NCBI GenBank assembly: GCA_025829515.1
Contig: GCA_025829515.1_4865.1
Origin: a phage
Length of the DNA stretch: 64,000 bases
Strand: one strand, 5' to 3'
Part shown: positions 9,009 through 18,962 of the stretch, piece by piece
Numbering within the stretch: position 1 is the first letter of the stretch
How the letters are laid out: the number at the start of each line of letters is the position of its first letter
The notes under the pieces: model-generated
What the model saw: only the letters and a program-made list of their open reading frames with translations
Database searches by the model: none
What the model was told of the DNA's origin: nothing
Program-made: the position numbers and the translations under genes

Positions 9009-9336
9009 AAAACGGAATTTGCCAAAGCTGGATATAACGGTTAAGTCGGGGCTGAAATATTTGGCACCCGACTGGGACTTTCTGATGGACTACAAGAAGT
9101 CTGACAAAGGCCCCGACGCAGAAGCTGCGTATACCAAACGCTACCTGCAGAAACTTAGTCGGTTGTTTGATGAAGACACTGATAAGTTGATAGAGATTCT
9201 CCGCCAGGGCGAGGTCGTACTAATGTGCTATTGCCCACCGGGGAAATTCTGTCATCGCCACTTGCTAGTTTCTTACCTTATTGAAATCGGTGAGTGGTTC
9301 GGTTATGAAGTAATTTACATGGGCGAATTATCGTAA
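8953..9336 (+). CDS. hypothetical protein with CYC...CHR motif (DUF488-like?)
   Basis: 127-aa ORF; motif LMCYCPPGKFCHRHLL; family assignment is from memory and uncertain. Confidence 0.4.
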   Translation: MPKQVKLWTLQLAKWRIAEKRNLPKLDITVKSGLKYLAPDWDFLMDYKKSDKGPDAEAAYTKRYLQKLSRLFDEDTDKLIEILRQGEVVLMCYCPPGKFCHRHLLVSYLIEIGEWFGYEVIYMGELS

Positions 9337-9347
9337 GGAGAGTCCTC

Positions 9348-9743
9348 GTGAAATTGATTATGCCTAAAACAGTTCCTAATCAGGATATGGTTACGACTAC
9401 ACTGTTTTCTGAATCATTACGTAACTCTGTACGTCAGACCGCTTCACGTCTAGACGTAGCAGTTGAAGAACTCGACCCAGAAATCTTCATGAAGTATGCG
9501 TTTATTGCAGAAGGTTACGCGATCGCCCTGAGTTATGCGCGGTATGTCGATGACGTGACAGAAGCTAAACGTTATTTAGAAGGCTGTTGTCAAGTTTTCC
9601 GTGAAGAAATCACCGAGATGGAGATGGTTGACCGCGGCTTACCTGAATTTGTAAAGGTGGGTTACGATAAGCTGTTGCAATCCATCGCGGATGAAATCGG
9701 ACGTCGCGGGTTAACTGTAGTGCACAGCGCTACACTGCACTAA
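9348..9743 (+). CDS. hypothetical protein
   Basis: GTG start with taaggagag SD. Confidence 0.5.
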   Translation: MKLIMPKTVPNQDMVTTTLFSESLRNSVRQTASRLDVAVEELDPEIFMKYAFIAEGYAIALSYARYVDDVTEAKRYLEGCCQVFREEITEMEMVDRGLPEFVKVGYDKLLQSIADEIGRRGLTVVHSATLH

Positions 9744-9755
9744 CACCGTACGAGT

Positions 9756-9800
9756 AGGCTACCACACGATCATATGTGTGGTAGCTTATTTTTTTTGTTT
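9756..9800 (+). terminator. intrinsic terminator
   Basis: gctaccacac...gtgtggtagc hairpin followed by ttattttttttg. Confidence 0.75.
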
Positions 9801-9812
9801 CTGGAGGCGTTA

Positions 9813-10346
9813 ATGGCAGACCGCTATCAGCCCGACCTAACACTCTCGTCGAAAGCGCTTGTCGTGGCGTTGATTAATCACGATAACGGCTTGTCATTAT
9901 CGCCTGACGAGATTGTGATAAGCGGGGTAGGGCCTATCGACTTAGGTGTTGAAAGTGCCCGTACCACGCAAGCGTACATTGCAAAAGCACGTAAACCTAA
10001 CGGTAAGAAGATTACCGTCTATTACGACCGTCTAGCTGCTAATAAGATTATCGACCCGCAAGGACCGATACTGGTTACTGTAGCTCCCGGCGACACCTAT
10101 GCTGATTTAGCGACAGTTGTAAACCAGTTGTGCGGTTTAAACTTGTCACGTGAGGACATCTCGACAGGGGTTATTACACCAACAAACGAGCCGTTGATTG
10201 CACCGATGAGTGACGATTCGCCGGCTTGGACGGCTACCTTTACATTCACGGCGTTTAATGAAAAAGAAGCTGTGGCAAGTCTGGATGAAGAAACTGTTTT
10301 ATGCATCGGTGATGATGCAGTGTTAACCTACGGAGACGATGCATAA
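9813..10346 (+). CDS. distant member of the paralogous anchor-domain family (see 19063-39074)
   Basis: start moved to ATG at 9813 (ggagg SD, downstream of terminator); shares the ITVYYDRL and LCGLNLSREDI motifs with the array genes. Confidence 0.5.
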   Translation: MADRYQPDLTLSSKALVVALINHDNGLSLSPDEIVISGVGPIDLGVESARTTQAYIAKARKPNGKKITVYYDRLAANKIIDPQGPILVTVAPGDTYADLATVVNQLCGLNLSREDISTGVITPTNEPLIAPMSDDSPAWTATFTFTAFNEKEAVASLDEETVLCIGDDAVLTYGDDA

Positions 10347-10819
10347 TGGCAACTGTAGTCAAAAAGAAACGTTTGCATGAACTCGATTCTTACAACGGTG
10401 ATAAGTCGAGCGCAGTAGCGCTTATCAGCGTTGATGAAAAGGAGTACAAACTTCCTCTCAGTGAAATCGGCGGTGGTGGGGCAGATGCAAACCCTATCCA
10501 AAACTTATCCGGTGCTGACGGTGTCGTTGAAATAGATCCCAATATTGCGGACGACTTCATTATCCGTTTAGGTGACCCCACCACTGCGCTTTCTATCACA
10601 CCTATTACCGACCCGGTTCCGGGTACGCGATATGAGTTATTACTGACGCTACGTCAGGGTACCGGTGCAAACAAAATCACCTGGCCGGCTTCGGTTAAAT
10701 GGCCTAACGGTGCAGAACCTCCGTTATCGTACACGCTGGACGCCGAGGATGTGTTGTCTTTGTCATCTACGGATGGCGGCACAACCTGGAAAGGGGCCAT
10801 TTGCGGAACAGGATACTAA
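10346..10819 (+). CDS. hypothetical protein
   Basis: 157-aa ORF; start overlaps upstream stop (ATAATG). Confidence 0.5.
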   Translation: MATVVKKKRLHELDSYNGDKSSAVALISVDEKEYKLPLSEIGGGGADANPIQNLSGADGVVEIDPNIADDFIIRLGDPTTALSITPITDPVPGTRYELLLTLRQGTGANKITWPASVKWPNGAEPPLSYTLDAEDVLSLSSTDGGTTWKGAICGTGY

Positions 10820-10822
10820 GCC

Positions 10823-13800
10823 ATGCGCAAATTTAAAATCTCTGCTAAACGACATGCGCTGAACTACGCACTGTCGCTGGCTTACGGACATCAGGACTTT
10901 GTTCGTCGAAACACCGGCTTAACTAACGACGCCCACAATGACCATTATCTGATTAACCCAGAAGGGGTGCTATCTAATAACCGGCATTTCATTGCTGACT
11001 CCATGGCAGTGTATCAACCTAATGGTGACGCCACCACAGAAGGTCAATCGTTGCTGATTATTGGCTACTGTCACATGTACATTGCTACCAAAAACCAGAT
11101 GTGGTTAGATGCGGCGATTCGTGCATGGGAAGCGTACGCTACCTACTATTACGCAGGTCAGGCCATTCCCGATTCACCACAACGTTGGATTTGTAACTGG
11201 CTAGTTAACGGTAAAGAGCCAGTGCTGGCAGACTATCCGGTGCATCCGACCGAGCCAACCCACGGTGGTTATAAGTGTGTACCGGTAACGTTTACGAACG
11301 GGCGTTGCCAGATACCCCAAGGCGCACCATTCTTTGGTGAATATCTGAACAATTTCTTTTCTGCGCATCGTGGCCATCCTACTTGGGGTGCGGTTAATGC
11401 CGACGTACAGAAAATTAAGGAATCGGAAGACGGGTTAATTGACTGGTCTAAAGTCCCTGATTACTTAATCGTCAATCCAGAGAAACCTTACGATGTAAAA
11501 GCGTGGGTGGACTGGAACACGATGCTAAACGACCCAACCGGATATACACCAATGTGGGGCGGTTCTACCTCGAAAGGTCCGCGGTACGAACCTGACTGGT
11601 TTGTTGTGTGGACGGGTGAGAAGGTTCAAGACGGCGATGTCATCGAATCCGGTTTACCTGATGCCCAGAAAGGAACCGTACAATTAAAGGACACTAGTAT
11701 TAACGGTGTATATTTGATTAACTACGCTTCCCAGGTACCTGTAGAGCACGGCGGATATTTGTTTGACCGCAATGAGCCGTGGCACAACCGTCCGGTTCAT
11801 ACCCCGTTAAAAGGGTCTGTTAACCAGATGGGTAACGCGGCAGATGCGGAAGTGTGGTTTATTGATGCCTGTTATCTGCTCTGGCGTATCACGGGTGAAC
11901 CGCGCTATAAAGCCGCATTAGACTCTGTGTTCTATACAGCGCACGAGTACACGTATATCGATGCGAAGGACAAGTTTTTCCGTCGTTCTAAGCTAGCCGA
12001 AACGCCATTTACAGATGGTATCTCGTACGACTATAAATACCCCAGCACTGTTGAGGTCGCTTACAGTCGTGATGAAAATGGTGATATTGTGTTCCGTTCT
12101 GAGGAAGCTGTGCAGAACTTTATGGAACAGCAAGCCGTGCGTTTCAGGATAAACAGTCAATCGAAGTTACGTGTGACATATGGCGGTGTTTGCGACAACG
12201 GTGATGCACTGGCGTGTAAAGTGATGGTGGATATTAACCCCGTCAAAGCGGATACTGAAGAAGTAAACTGGTACGGCTGTACGCTTCCGGGATCAACATC
12301 GATGGAAGTAGAACAGCATGACATCGATTTAGGGCATCTGGCCAGAATGACCAATCCGGCCAACGGCGAAGATTACATCATTGCCGATGCGCGAGCATGT
12401 TCGGACTACGGTGGGTGTACGTGGCAGGAGAAGTTTGAGAACAACATTTACGATGGTCGTTCAGGCACAATCGTAGAAGCGTTATTCCCGAACGACGATG
12501 CGGGTTTCATTATCGGTTTCTGGTTAACCGATGCCGGCGTTGCACCCCCGCAGTCAATTGTCTATCGTGCCGATGCTGATTTCAACTTCCGTTTCGAAGA
12601 TACCGACAAGTGGCGTTGGTGGTGGATGTTGCCCGCGACTAACGGGGAATGGAAACAGGTTATTATTCGCCCTGAAGACGCAACACTCTCGGGCTATCAA
12701 CCTGACCACGATACTGATGTCGAAACAAAACCGGCTGCGCCAAACTACACAACTATCGATCAGGTAACCATACTGCCCGATTCGGCTGTGGAGAATGCGC
12801 ACTTTAGCTGGTATTGCGTAAACGATGTTCCGCCACTGTTTAATGCAGATGATGGTTGGACGTTAACGTTCCGTATTGTAATTCGGGGAGGTTCTGCATT
12901 TACGGGTAAAGTGGGCGATTGTACGATAAAAGATTACCGTCTTGACTCGCTCGCGTATTGTCCAGGTACGATACCGTTCTCGAACATTTATTCGGAAGGA
13001 ACGTATCAGCTAGGTGCATGGCACGGGATGCCGTATCCCGGCTATCAGTATCCGTTTATGTACACCATACACACCGATGATCGCTACAAAGACTGGCTCT
13101 TAAATCAGATTCGGTTTATGCACGATTCACAAACCAACTACCAAACGCAGATAGGTGAGTTAGGTCCAGGTTGTGCGGCGTATATTTGGAACCGTTGGGA
13201 TAACTACTCTTACGGCCCGGCAGATACGTGGACAACGTTCCATTGGGGCGATGGACATCCGTGGGCAGGTTATCAGCCGCGCGCGTATAACGCCGCTGCG
13301 CGTTGTTGGTACGAATTAGTTGTGCGTGGTAAAGAGGTTCCACCTGAGCTAGTAGTGTACGTTGAAAATTGGGCTAAGTGGCTCGTAGGGTTCTTAGACC
13401 GCTTTGACAACCACACCCCGAATGAATTCCCTACGGCACCAAATAAACCGGTATGGGTAGAGAATGATTTCACAGCACATATGTGTGCGCTCTGGATAGC
13501 AGGCAGTGCTTACGCAGCAATGGCCGGCTGTACAGTGGAAGGGTTGAGCCGTATTATGGATATGGGGATGAAGGAGATGGGTGATAACTTCACCGTCACC
13601 GACATTCCAGGAAAAGCCATTAACGGTGCCTGGTCTCCGTGGGCAAATCCTACCACGGATAACGGTCAGGCTTTTGGGTTTTATACTGGAGAAGCGATGC
13701 GCGCCATCGGATTGTATCTCCTCTATAAAGAACACGGCCCAGGGCATGATATTTATCGTGACTTGGCAATCCCCGACCACACAACAGCCTCGCTCGATAT

Positions 13801-13840
13801 AACGTTTACTATCCCAGACGATCCGCTCGAAACTAATTAA
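10823..13840 (+). CDS. large hypothetical protein (1005 aa), Trp/Tyr-rich; possibly structural or a carbohydrate-active enzyme
   Basis: long uninterrupted ORF followed by a terminator; no motif I can name. Confidence 0.6.
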   Translation: MRKFKISAKRHALNYALSLAYGHQDFVRRNTGLTNDAHNDHYLINPEGVLSNNRHFIADSMAVYQPNGDATTEGQSLLIIGYCHMYIATKNQMWLDAAIRAWEAYATYYYAGQAIPDSPQRWICNWLVNGKEPVLADYPVHPTEPTHGGYKCVPVTFTNGRCQIPQGAPFFGEYLNNFFSAHRGHPTWGAVNADVQKIKESEDGLIDWSKVPDYLIVNPEKPYDVKAWVDWNTMLNDPTGYTPMWGGSTSKGPRYEPDWFVVWTGEKVQDGDVIESGLPDAQKGTVQLKDTSINGVYLINYASQVPVEHGGYLFDRNEPWHNRPVHTPLKGSVNQMGNAADAEVWFIDACYLLWRITGEPRYKAALDSVFYTAHEYTYIDAKDKFFRRSKLAETPFTDGISYDYKYPSTVEVAYSRDENGDIVFRSEEAVQNFMEQQAVRFRINSQSKLRVTYGGVCDNGDALACKVMVDINPVKADTEEVNWYGCTLPGSTSMEVEQHDIDLGHLARMTNPANGEDYIIADARACSDYGGCTWQEKFENNIYDGRSGTIVEALFPNDDAGFIIGFWLTDAGVAPPQSIVYRADADFNFRFEDTDKWRWWWMLPATNGEWKQVIIRPEDATLSGYQPDHDTDVETKPAAPNYTTIDQVTILPDSAVENAHFSWYCVNDVPPLFNADDGWTLTFRIVIRGGSAFTGKVGDCTIKDYRLDSLAYCPGTIPFSNIYSEGTYQLGAWHGMPYPGYQYPFMYTIHTDDRYKDWLLNQIRFMHDSQTNYQTQIGELGPGCAAYIWNRWDNYSYGPADTWTTFHWGDGHPWAGYQPRAYNAAARCWYELVVRGKEVPPELVVYVENWAKWLVGFLDRFDNHTPNEFPTAPNKPVWVENDFTAHMCALWIAGSAYAAMAGCTVEGLSRIMDMGMKEMGDNFTVTDIPGKAINGAWSPWANPTTDNGQAFGFYTGEAMRAIGLYLLYKEHGPGHDIYRDLAIPDHTTASLDITFTIPDDPLETN

Positions 13841-13841
13841 G

Positions 13842-13885
13842 TGTATACCAGCTATCCTTCGGGGTGGCTGGTACGCTTTATTTTA
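13842..13885 (+). terminator. intrinsic terminator
   Basis: imperfect accagc...gctggt hairpin followed by gctttattttattt. Confidence 0.55.
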
Positions 13886-13914
13886 TTTCAGATAGATGTT
13901 ATCTCAGTGAACCT
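13885..13914 (+). promoter_or_regulatory. conserved intergenic motif copy 2 (TTTCAGATAGATGTTAT-n3-AGTGAACCT)
   Basis: 17/17 identity to copy 1 in the core; lies between a terminator and the next gene. Confidence 0.5.
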
Positions 13915-13967
13915 CTGAAATTTACGTTTCAATCAGAGCTTATGTCATGTATTAAGGAGCACTTAAA

Positions 13968-14300
13968 ATGTCTAAAGTCTATCACATTGCGGTATTGCGT
14001 CAGGCAACTGACCTTGAAAGCGACGGTGAACTTCGAATGCAGGAAGCCATTCTGAGCACTGTTAAAGAACTTAACCAAGCAAACAATTTCGATGCACGCT
14101 TCGAAGCGCTGCCTGTAAGCCGTGGTGCTTTCTACGGCAGTCAAATACTGGCAACCCAGTATGCGATGGCGTTAAGTGAATTGCGTAATAACCCTAGCCC
14201 AGAGACCGCAGCGAAGATGAACAAGCTGTCGTTATGGATGAATAACCTGGATGTCCCCGCAGCATCCACTGTAAGTGGTTTGGGGGTGGTTAATGGGTAG
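13968..14300 (+). CDS. hypothetical protein
   Basis: 110 aa; ttaaggagc SD. Confidence 0.55.
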   Translation: MSKVYHIAVLRQATDLESDGELRMQEAILSTVKELNQANNFDARFEALPVSRGAFYGSQILATQYAMALSELRNNPSPETAAKMNKLSLWMNNLDVPAASTVSGLGVVNG

Positions 14301-14628
14301 AGTAATCGGTGTTGCCAGACCAATGCGTCTCAATAGGACACCGATGATAAAACGTGATATCGGTGAAGCTGTAAAACAGTTGTCGAATATCGACGGTTAC
14401 ACCTTTAAAGTGATAACACTGTACGACTACCCAGAAGGTAAAGTTCCGCAAGAGGCGCTGGATATATTCGTTAATGTATTAGACGATTGCCTTAAGAGTC
14501 CAACGGACGTAAATCTTATCAAACTAAACACCATGTCCCTTGAACTGTACCGGCTGCGTAAAATGGGCATTCATGCTCGCATCGGTAAAGGTGACCAAAC
14601 GTTAGCCGAATACTGGGCTAAACAGTAA
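14293..14628 (+). CDS. hypothetical protein
   Basis: start moved to ATG at 14293 (ggggg SD). Confidence 0.45.
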   Translation: MGRVIGVARPMRLNRTPMIKRDIGEAVKQLSNIDGYTFKVITLYDYPEGKVPQEALDIFVNVLDDCLKSPTDVNLIKLNTMSLELYRLRKMGIHARIGKGDQTLAEYWAKQ

Positions 14629-14655
14629 GCTATTTTAAATCCTAAGGAGCATTAA

Positions 14656-15174
14656 GTGAATATTATCATGAACCTGTATACCAAACGGGAACGTAACGTT
14701 TTAGAATCGGGCGTTGCCCCGGAAGTATTGGCTGCGGGGGATATTAGTATCGACCCATTGAAAGTGAAAGTCGCGGAACTGTTCCCTCGTGATGAATGGG
14801 ACATCTGGTATTTCCGTTGTTCGTCGGTATTAAATGCAATCAAGCAACTGTCTGATTATCAGCCTGGTCCGTATATCGGTACTTGGCACTGGTACGTTCC
14901 ACGCACACCAAACTTCCTTTACCTGCACGACGATGATAAACGTACTCATATTCGCACTGTAGCGACGCCTGCGCGTTTGGAGCGTTATCTGGAGCTAATC
15001 CACGACCGGCCTCGTAACGAGCTGCAGAGCATCGTAGAGGTGCTCAGACAGGTACCTTTAGACGGTATACTGGAACTGGACATGAAAATCGCCGATCGTC
15101 CGAGACATTACTGGGAATTTTCCTGGGTAGACGCGAAGTACGAAAACCATAACGTTATCTATCTGAAACGTTAA
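14656..15174 (+). CDS. hypothetical protein
   Basis: GTG start with taaggagc SD; 172 aa. Confidence 0.5.
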   Translation: MNIIMNLYTKRERNVLESGVAPEVLAAGDISIDPLKVKVAELFPRDEWDIWYFRCSSVLNAIKQLSDYQPGPYIGTWHWYVPRTPNFLYLHDDDKRTHIRTVATPARLERYLELIHDRPRNELQSIVEVLRQVPLDGILELDMKIADRPRHYWEFSWVDAKYENHNVIYLKR

Positions 15175-15184
15175 GGGGGACAGG

Positions 15185-15505
15185 ATGTTGAACTGGTTAC
15201 TTGCGCTGATTAACAAGCGACAAAAACAACTGTACGAAGAAAACCGAGAATTAGCTGCCGCTAACCGTCGTGTACAGGCCGATAACTTGCAGTTAAGACA
15301 CGACCTCGCGAAACTGGACGTTAATGCGAGTAGGCTCTGCACGCACATAAGTCGCTGTCACGACATTATCGAACGTATTGGGCACTACCATCTTACGTCC
15401 CCTGCGCGTCGTGCCTATGACGCGGCCGTTCAGGGATTAAAAGATACCAGGAGTGCGTACGACGAGATGTTAGAAGAATTTAGTAAACGTGAGGATAAAA
15501 ACTAA
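15185..15505 (+). CDS. hypothetical coiled-coil protein
   Basis: 106 aa; aaggggga SD; heptad-like N-terminus. Confidence 0.5.
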   Translation: MLNWLLALINKRQKQLYEENRELAAANRRVQADNLQLRHDLAKLDVNASRLCTHISRCHDIIERIGHYHLTSPARRAYDAAVQGLKDTRSAYDEMLEEFSKREDKN

Positions 15506-15888
15506 TGGAAATGCCAATGAACACCGACTTAGCACTGGCAATCGAACACATGAAAAACCATCAGCTGACGTTACTGAATGCAAGCACAGACGGACAACGT
15601 CAAGGGTATGCACTCGTTGCAAAAGCAGCGTTAGAACTTAACAAAATCCTGCTCGCTAAACTCTACAGCCTGGAGAACAGCGTGCTTCACGCAACGCATC
15701 TGGGTGAGGCCAGCGAGCTGGTTACAGACGTGCGCCTATATGCATCGCGCGAAATGGAGCGCTTAGTCAACGAGTGGAACCTTCAGTGTAACAGTGAGCG
15801 TGCTGATAACGATCCACGTAAAGTTGCACTGACGCCAGGCGTGTATATCAAGGACGGTAGCATCAACGAATATACCGGATTTAACTGA
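15505..15888 (+). CDS. hypothetical protein
   Basis: 127 aa; start overlaps upstream stop. Confidence 0.5.
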   Translation: MEMPMNTDLALAIEHMKNHQLTLLNASTDGQRQGYALVAKAALELNKILLAKLYSLENSVLHATHLGEASELVTDVRLYASREMERLVNEWNLQCNSERADNDPRKVALTPGVYIKDGSINEYTGFN

Positions 15889-15911
15889 TCGGTAGATAAG
15901 GGTGATTGTGA

Positions 15912-16337
15912 ATGGTAACCATAGACGTAGCTATCTCTATCGAGCTTCAACGCATCGGTGTAGGTACACTAAAACTTCGTTATCGCGATTTACCGCATTA
16001 CAACAAGATGTTTGATGTTGGGGTGATAAAGTTTTATAACCGGTACGGGCCAAGAGAACTATGTCTATGGTTTGTTGAGTTAGCGATAACCTACGGCGAG
16101 TTCTATCATCCTAACATACCACATGTCAGACATGTGTCAAGAGGGCACCTGGAAACTTCCAGAGAGTTCTGTCAGCGATTGTATAGCGCGATGGAGGAGT
16201 CCGCACCCATCGACTATGACGTGCCACCTGAACTGTTATTAATCGACCACGAAGGAGAAGCTGGTGTCTATTTCATTACGGGGACTGACTATTCACGAGA
16301 TTCAGAAATATTTACTCGAGGGCGGGAAACTGACTGA
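15912..16337 (+). CDS. hypothetical protein
   Basis: 141 aa; aagggtga SD. Confidence 0.45.
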   Translation: MVTIDVAISIELQRIGVGTLKLRYRDLPHYNKMFDVGVIKFYNRYGPRELCLWFVELAITYGEFYHPNIPHVRHVSRGHLETSREFCQRLYSAMEESAPIDYDVPPELLLIDHEGEAGVYFITGTDYSRDSEIFTRGRETD

Positions 16338-16569
16338 CGACTATCAAACCGCAGATATGTTGCTACAGTCATTTGTACCGTTACGTGCTGAGTATTACGA
16401 AATCGCGTTCCTGGGCGATGAATATTGTGTCCGTACACAAGGTCGCGAGTACGAAGCAGTTCGCGTACCACGAACACTCGGCGGGGTGATGATACTTATC
16501 GCTAATATCGAAGCACTCAATGCGAAATGTGCGTTATACATCGCACATGGAGGTCGCAATGGATTTTAA
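16264..16569 (+). CDS. hypothetical protein
   Basis: GTG start with gaaggagaa SD; overlaps the upstream gene in another frame. Confidence 0.4.
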   Translation: MSISLRGLTIHEIQKYLLEGGKLTDDYQTADMLLQSFVPLRAEYYEIAFLGDEYCVRTQGREYEAVRVPRTLGGVMILIANIEALNAKCALYIAHGGRNGF

Positions 16570-16634
16570 GTGGGAACCGTTAACGTTAGCAGAAATTCGT
16601 AACAGAATCGATAGAGCTATTGCAAGGAGAAAAC

Positions 16635-17036
16635 ATGTTCGGCCTGTTTCAGGAGAAAAAACAGTTGCGTCGCCAATTAGAAATACTGGAATTGGAACTC
16701 AGCCTATCAAAGACTGAGTTGGAAATTTCGAAAGAAGCGTGGAAAAGAAATCTTGATGAATCTTTCGAAGAACGCCGTAAGCTTACACGACTACTTTCTG
16801 AGGAACAGTCTAAGAACCGGAAACTCGAAGATGAGCTACGGGATGCCCGACGAGATGCGGATCTGCGTGACAAGATGTTAGGACGGAACCTGGGTGCCCT
16901 AATCTATTTCATAGAGCAACGTTGGGAACCAAAAACACTCCTTGAGTTGCTCTATGAAAAACTCTCCTGTGTAGGTAAACGTTCTGCGGCCATCGAGTAT
17001 TTCCGTAGTCACGGTTTCGAGGTAAAAGATGAGTAA
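16635..17036 (+). CDS. hypothetical coiled-coil protein
   Basis: start moved to ATG at 16635 (caaggaga SD); charged heptad repeats. Confidence 0.5.
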   Translation: MFGLFQEKKQLRRQLEILELELSLSKTELEISKEAWKRNLDESFEERRKLTRLLSEEQSKNRKLEDELRDARRDADLRDKMLGRNLGALIYFIEQRWEPKTLLELLYEKLSCVGKRSAAIEYFRSHGFEVKDE

Positions 17037-17113
17037 ATTAGAGGTTGGCAGGCTGTTCGTTAATCCTTAAAAGCAACAGTTTCAAATTAGTTACGACCAT
17101 AAGGAGTATTAAA

Positions 17114-17554
17114 ATGTTAAAGCCACGCAAACAGAAAAGATTACAGTTTGTCAAAATAGTACATCCGGAGTCCCGTCGTGTTACAGGTGGACGTCTCTAC
17201 GTGGGTAAACACCGTAGTCGTCTTATCAGCTGGTCGGCAATGGCCAACGTAGCCACCCAACTCCAGGCAATGGTTGAAGACCGTTGTCAGTTAAAAGGTG
17301 ATTTCTTTCAAGAGAAGAAACCCTATCGTGATATCTTCCGTACACTAAAAGCGTGCTGGGTACTCAGCTGGGTGCCTGGCCGCGAACAACTTTATTTTCT
17401 GCGTAAGTTCCCACGCCCTATGCCGAAGGAAAACATTAGCGTTTTCTTAGACAAACTAAAACGCTTTAATGACATCGGCATTAACGCTAATAAAGAGCAA
17501 GTTTCTGCTACAGTAGCAGCCCGGAAACTCTTACGCGATTACGTGGCCGATTGA
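17114..17554 (+). CDS. hypothetical protein
   Basis: start moved to ATG at 17114 (taaggagt SD); followed by a strong terminator. Confidence 0.5.
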   Translation: MLKPRKQKRLQFVKIVHPESRRVTGGRLYVGKHRSRLISWSAMANVATQLQAMVEDRCQLKGDFFQEKKPYRDIFRTLKACWVLSWVPGREQLYFLRKFPRPMPKENISVFLDKLKRFNDIGINANKEQVSATVAARKLLRDYVAD

Positions 17555-17591
17555 CTTGAGAGGCACTTATCCCAAAAGAGGTCAATAAAGC

Positions 17592-17633
17592 AGCACCCTA
17601 CTCCTTCGGGAGTAGGGTTTCTTCTTTTTTTGT
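17592..17633 (+). terminator. intrinsic terminator
   Basis: caccctactcc-ttcg-ggagtagggtt hairpin followed by tcttcttttttt. Confidence 0.85.
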
Positions 17634-17651
17634 CTAGTCCGATTACAATTA

Positions 17652-17682
17652 TTTTCAGATATATATTACTTAGGTGAGAGTT
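17652..17682 (+). promoter_or_regulatory. conserved intergenic motif copy 3 (TTTTCAGATATATATTAC-n3-GGTGAGAG, diverged)
   Basis: same architecture as copies 1 and 2; downstream of a terminator, 48 nt upstream of the next start. Confidence 0.4.
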
Positions 17683-17729
17683 AACCATTAACTCTTATCT
17701 AATCGACCATTATCTTAAGGAGTTTTAAC

Positions 17730-18176
17730 ATGTACATTCTGAATAACGAACTTACTAAGTACGCTAGCAAAAACCCGATTATGATTTCTTTCCTAATCGT
17801 GATGGCGGCCAACAAACAAGACCCTAGCGAATTCACTACTGAGGACTTCGAAGAGATTATCGCTAACGCCAAAGAAGCCACGTTCCAGACCACAGAGCCT
17901 ACTCGCGACGAGTTCCCCCTAGGTGAAGCCGGCGATGTAATGTTTAACGACATGGTTGCTTCGTACTACATCAATAGACGTGGTATGGAAATCGAATACG
18001 ATGAACTTCCTACTAGCAGCTTTGCTGAAATGATTCGTGATTATCGTCGTCAAGTTGTCTCTGACGATATCGTAAAGAAATACATGGCACAAATCAGCCC
18101 ATTCAGTCTTGAATTCGAAAACCGCGCGGTTGCCTTAGCAACACATCGCCTGCGTTTAGAAAAAGAAGTACACTAA
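17730..18176 (+). CDS. hypothetical protein
   Basis: 148 aa; taaggagt SD. Confidence 0.55.
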   Translation: MYILNNELTKYASKNPIMISFLIVMAANKQDPSEFTTEDFEEIIANAKEATFQTTEPTRDEFPLGEAGDVMFNDMVASYYINRRGMEIEYDELPTSSFAEMIRDYRRQVVSDDIVKKYMAQISPFSLEFENRAVALATHRLRLEKEVH

Positions 18177-18237
18177 TAATAACCCGGCGGGCAAAGTCCC
18201 GCCAATCAACCTGCAATCTACAAAAAAGGAATATCCC

Positions 18238-18456
18238 ATGCGCAACCTCTTCTCCAAATCTGAAATCAAACCTGTTGTTGAAACCACCGCCAAACGTAAG
18301 CCTGACATGATTGACCTGCTGCTGAAAATGTCTGCAGCAGAAGCCAAAGCTTTCATGAAAACAATGAAAGACGGCGATAAAATGATTGACAATGTTGAAG
18401 TAACCTACGGTGTTAAAGACCGCCCAAAGAATAACGGCCTCGTGTGGGTCTGTTAA
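18238..18456 (+). CDS. hypothetical small protein
   Basis: 72 aa; aaaaagga SD. Confidence 0.5.
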   Translation: MRNLFSKSEIKPVVETTAKRKPDMIDLLLKMSAAEAKAFMKTMKDGDKMIDNVEVTYGVKDRPKNNGLVWVC

Positions 18457-18477
18457 TCGACGATTGAGGATAAAGTC

Positions 18478-18909
18478 GTGAACGTAATCAAAAAGCTGAA
18501 CGGCGATACTTTCCATGCTCTGATGCCGAAGGGTGCACGTATTCGGATAAACAACAAAAACAAACCCTATAAGACGGACTACACGTTCGACACCACTGAC
18601 CACGCATTCGGTATCTGCGACGAAGGGACGAACGATGTCAAATGGATTATCGTGGTATACGAAACGTCTAGTGGGTATAAGTTCTGGGATGCCTATGAAC
18701 TGCAGAAGGGCTATTGGTGGTATGTCAGTTGGGAAGCTTTCAATGACAAGGTATCTTATTCGTGGAACGACTTCCCGCACTTTTGCTGGGATAGTTGGTT
18801 TCATGATTGCGGGGATAAGATTTCTGATCTTGTCCAGGAACTCTACAAACACTACAAAGAACACAATGGAAACTTCGTCTATCCTGAATGGGAACTGCCG
18901 AAGTCGTGA
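18478..18909 (+). CDS. hypothetical protein
   Basis: GTG start with gagga SD; 143 aa; followed by terminator. Confidence 0.55.
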   Translation: MNVIKKLNGDTFHALMPKGARIRINNKNKPYKTDYTFDTTDHAFGICDEGTNDVKWIIVVYETSSGYKFWDAYELQKGYWWYVSWEAFNDKVSYSWNDFPHFCWDSWFHDCGDKISDLVQELYKHYKEHNGNFVYPEWELPKS

Positions 18910-18962
18910 AGAAAAGGGAGCTTCGGCTCCCCTTCTTTTTTGTTTCCTTTTCTTTTTTTGTT
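18910..18962 (+). terminator. intrinsic terminator
   Basis: gggagc-ttcg-gctccc hairpin followed by a long T-rich tract. Confidence 0.8.

Noticed and set aside
16520-16717. 65-aa plus-strand ORF
   Set aside because: Overlaps two better-supported genes and has no clear independent signal; left unannotated.
18103-18864. 253-aa minus-strand ORF
   Set aside because: Lies antisense to three plus-strand genes that each have a good SD and a terminator; most likely a spurious open frame.
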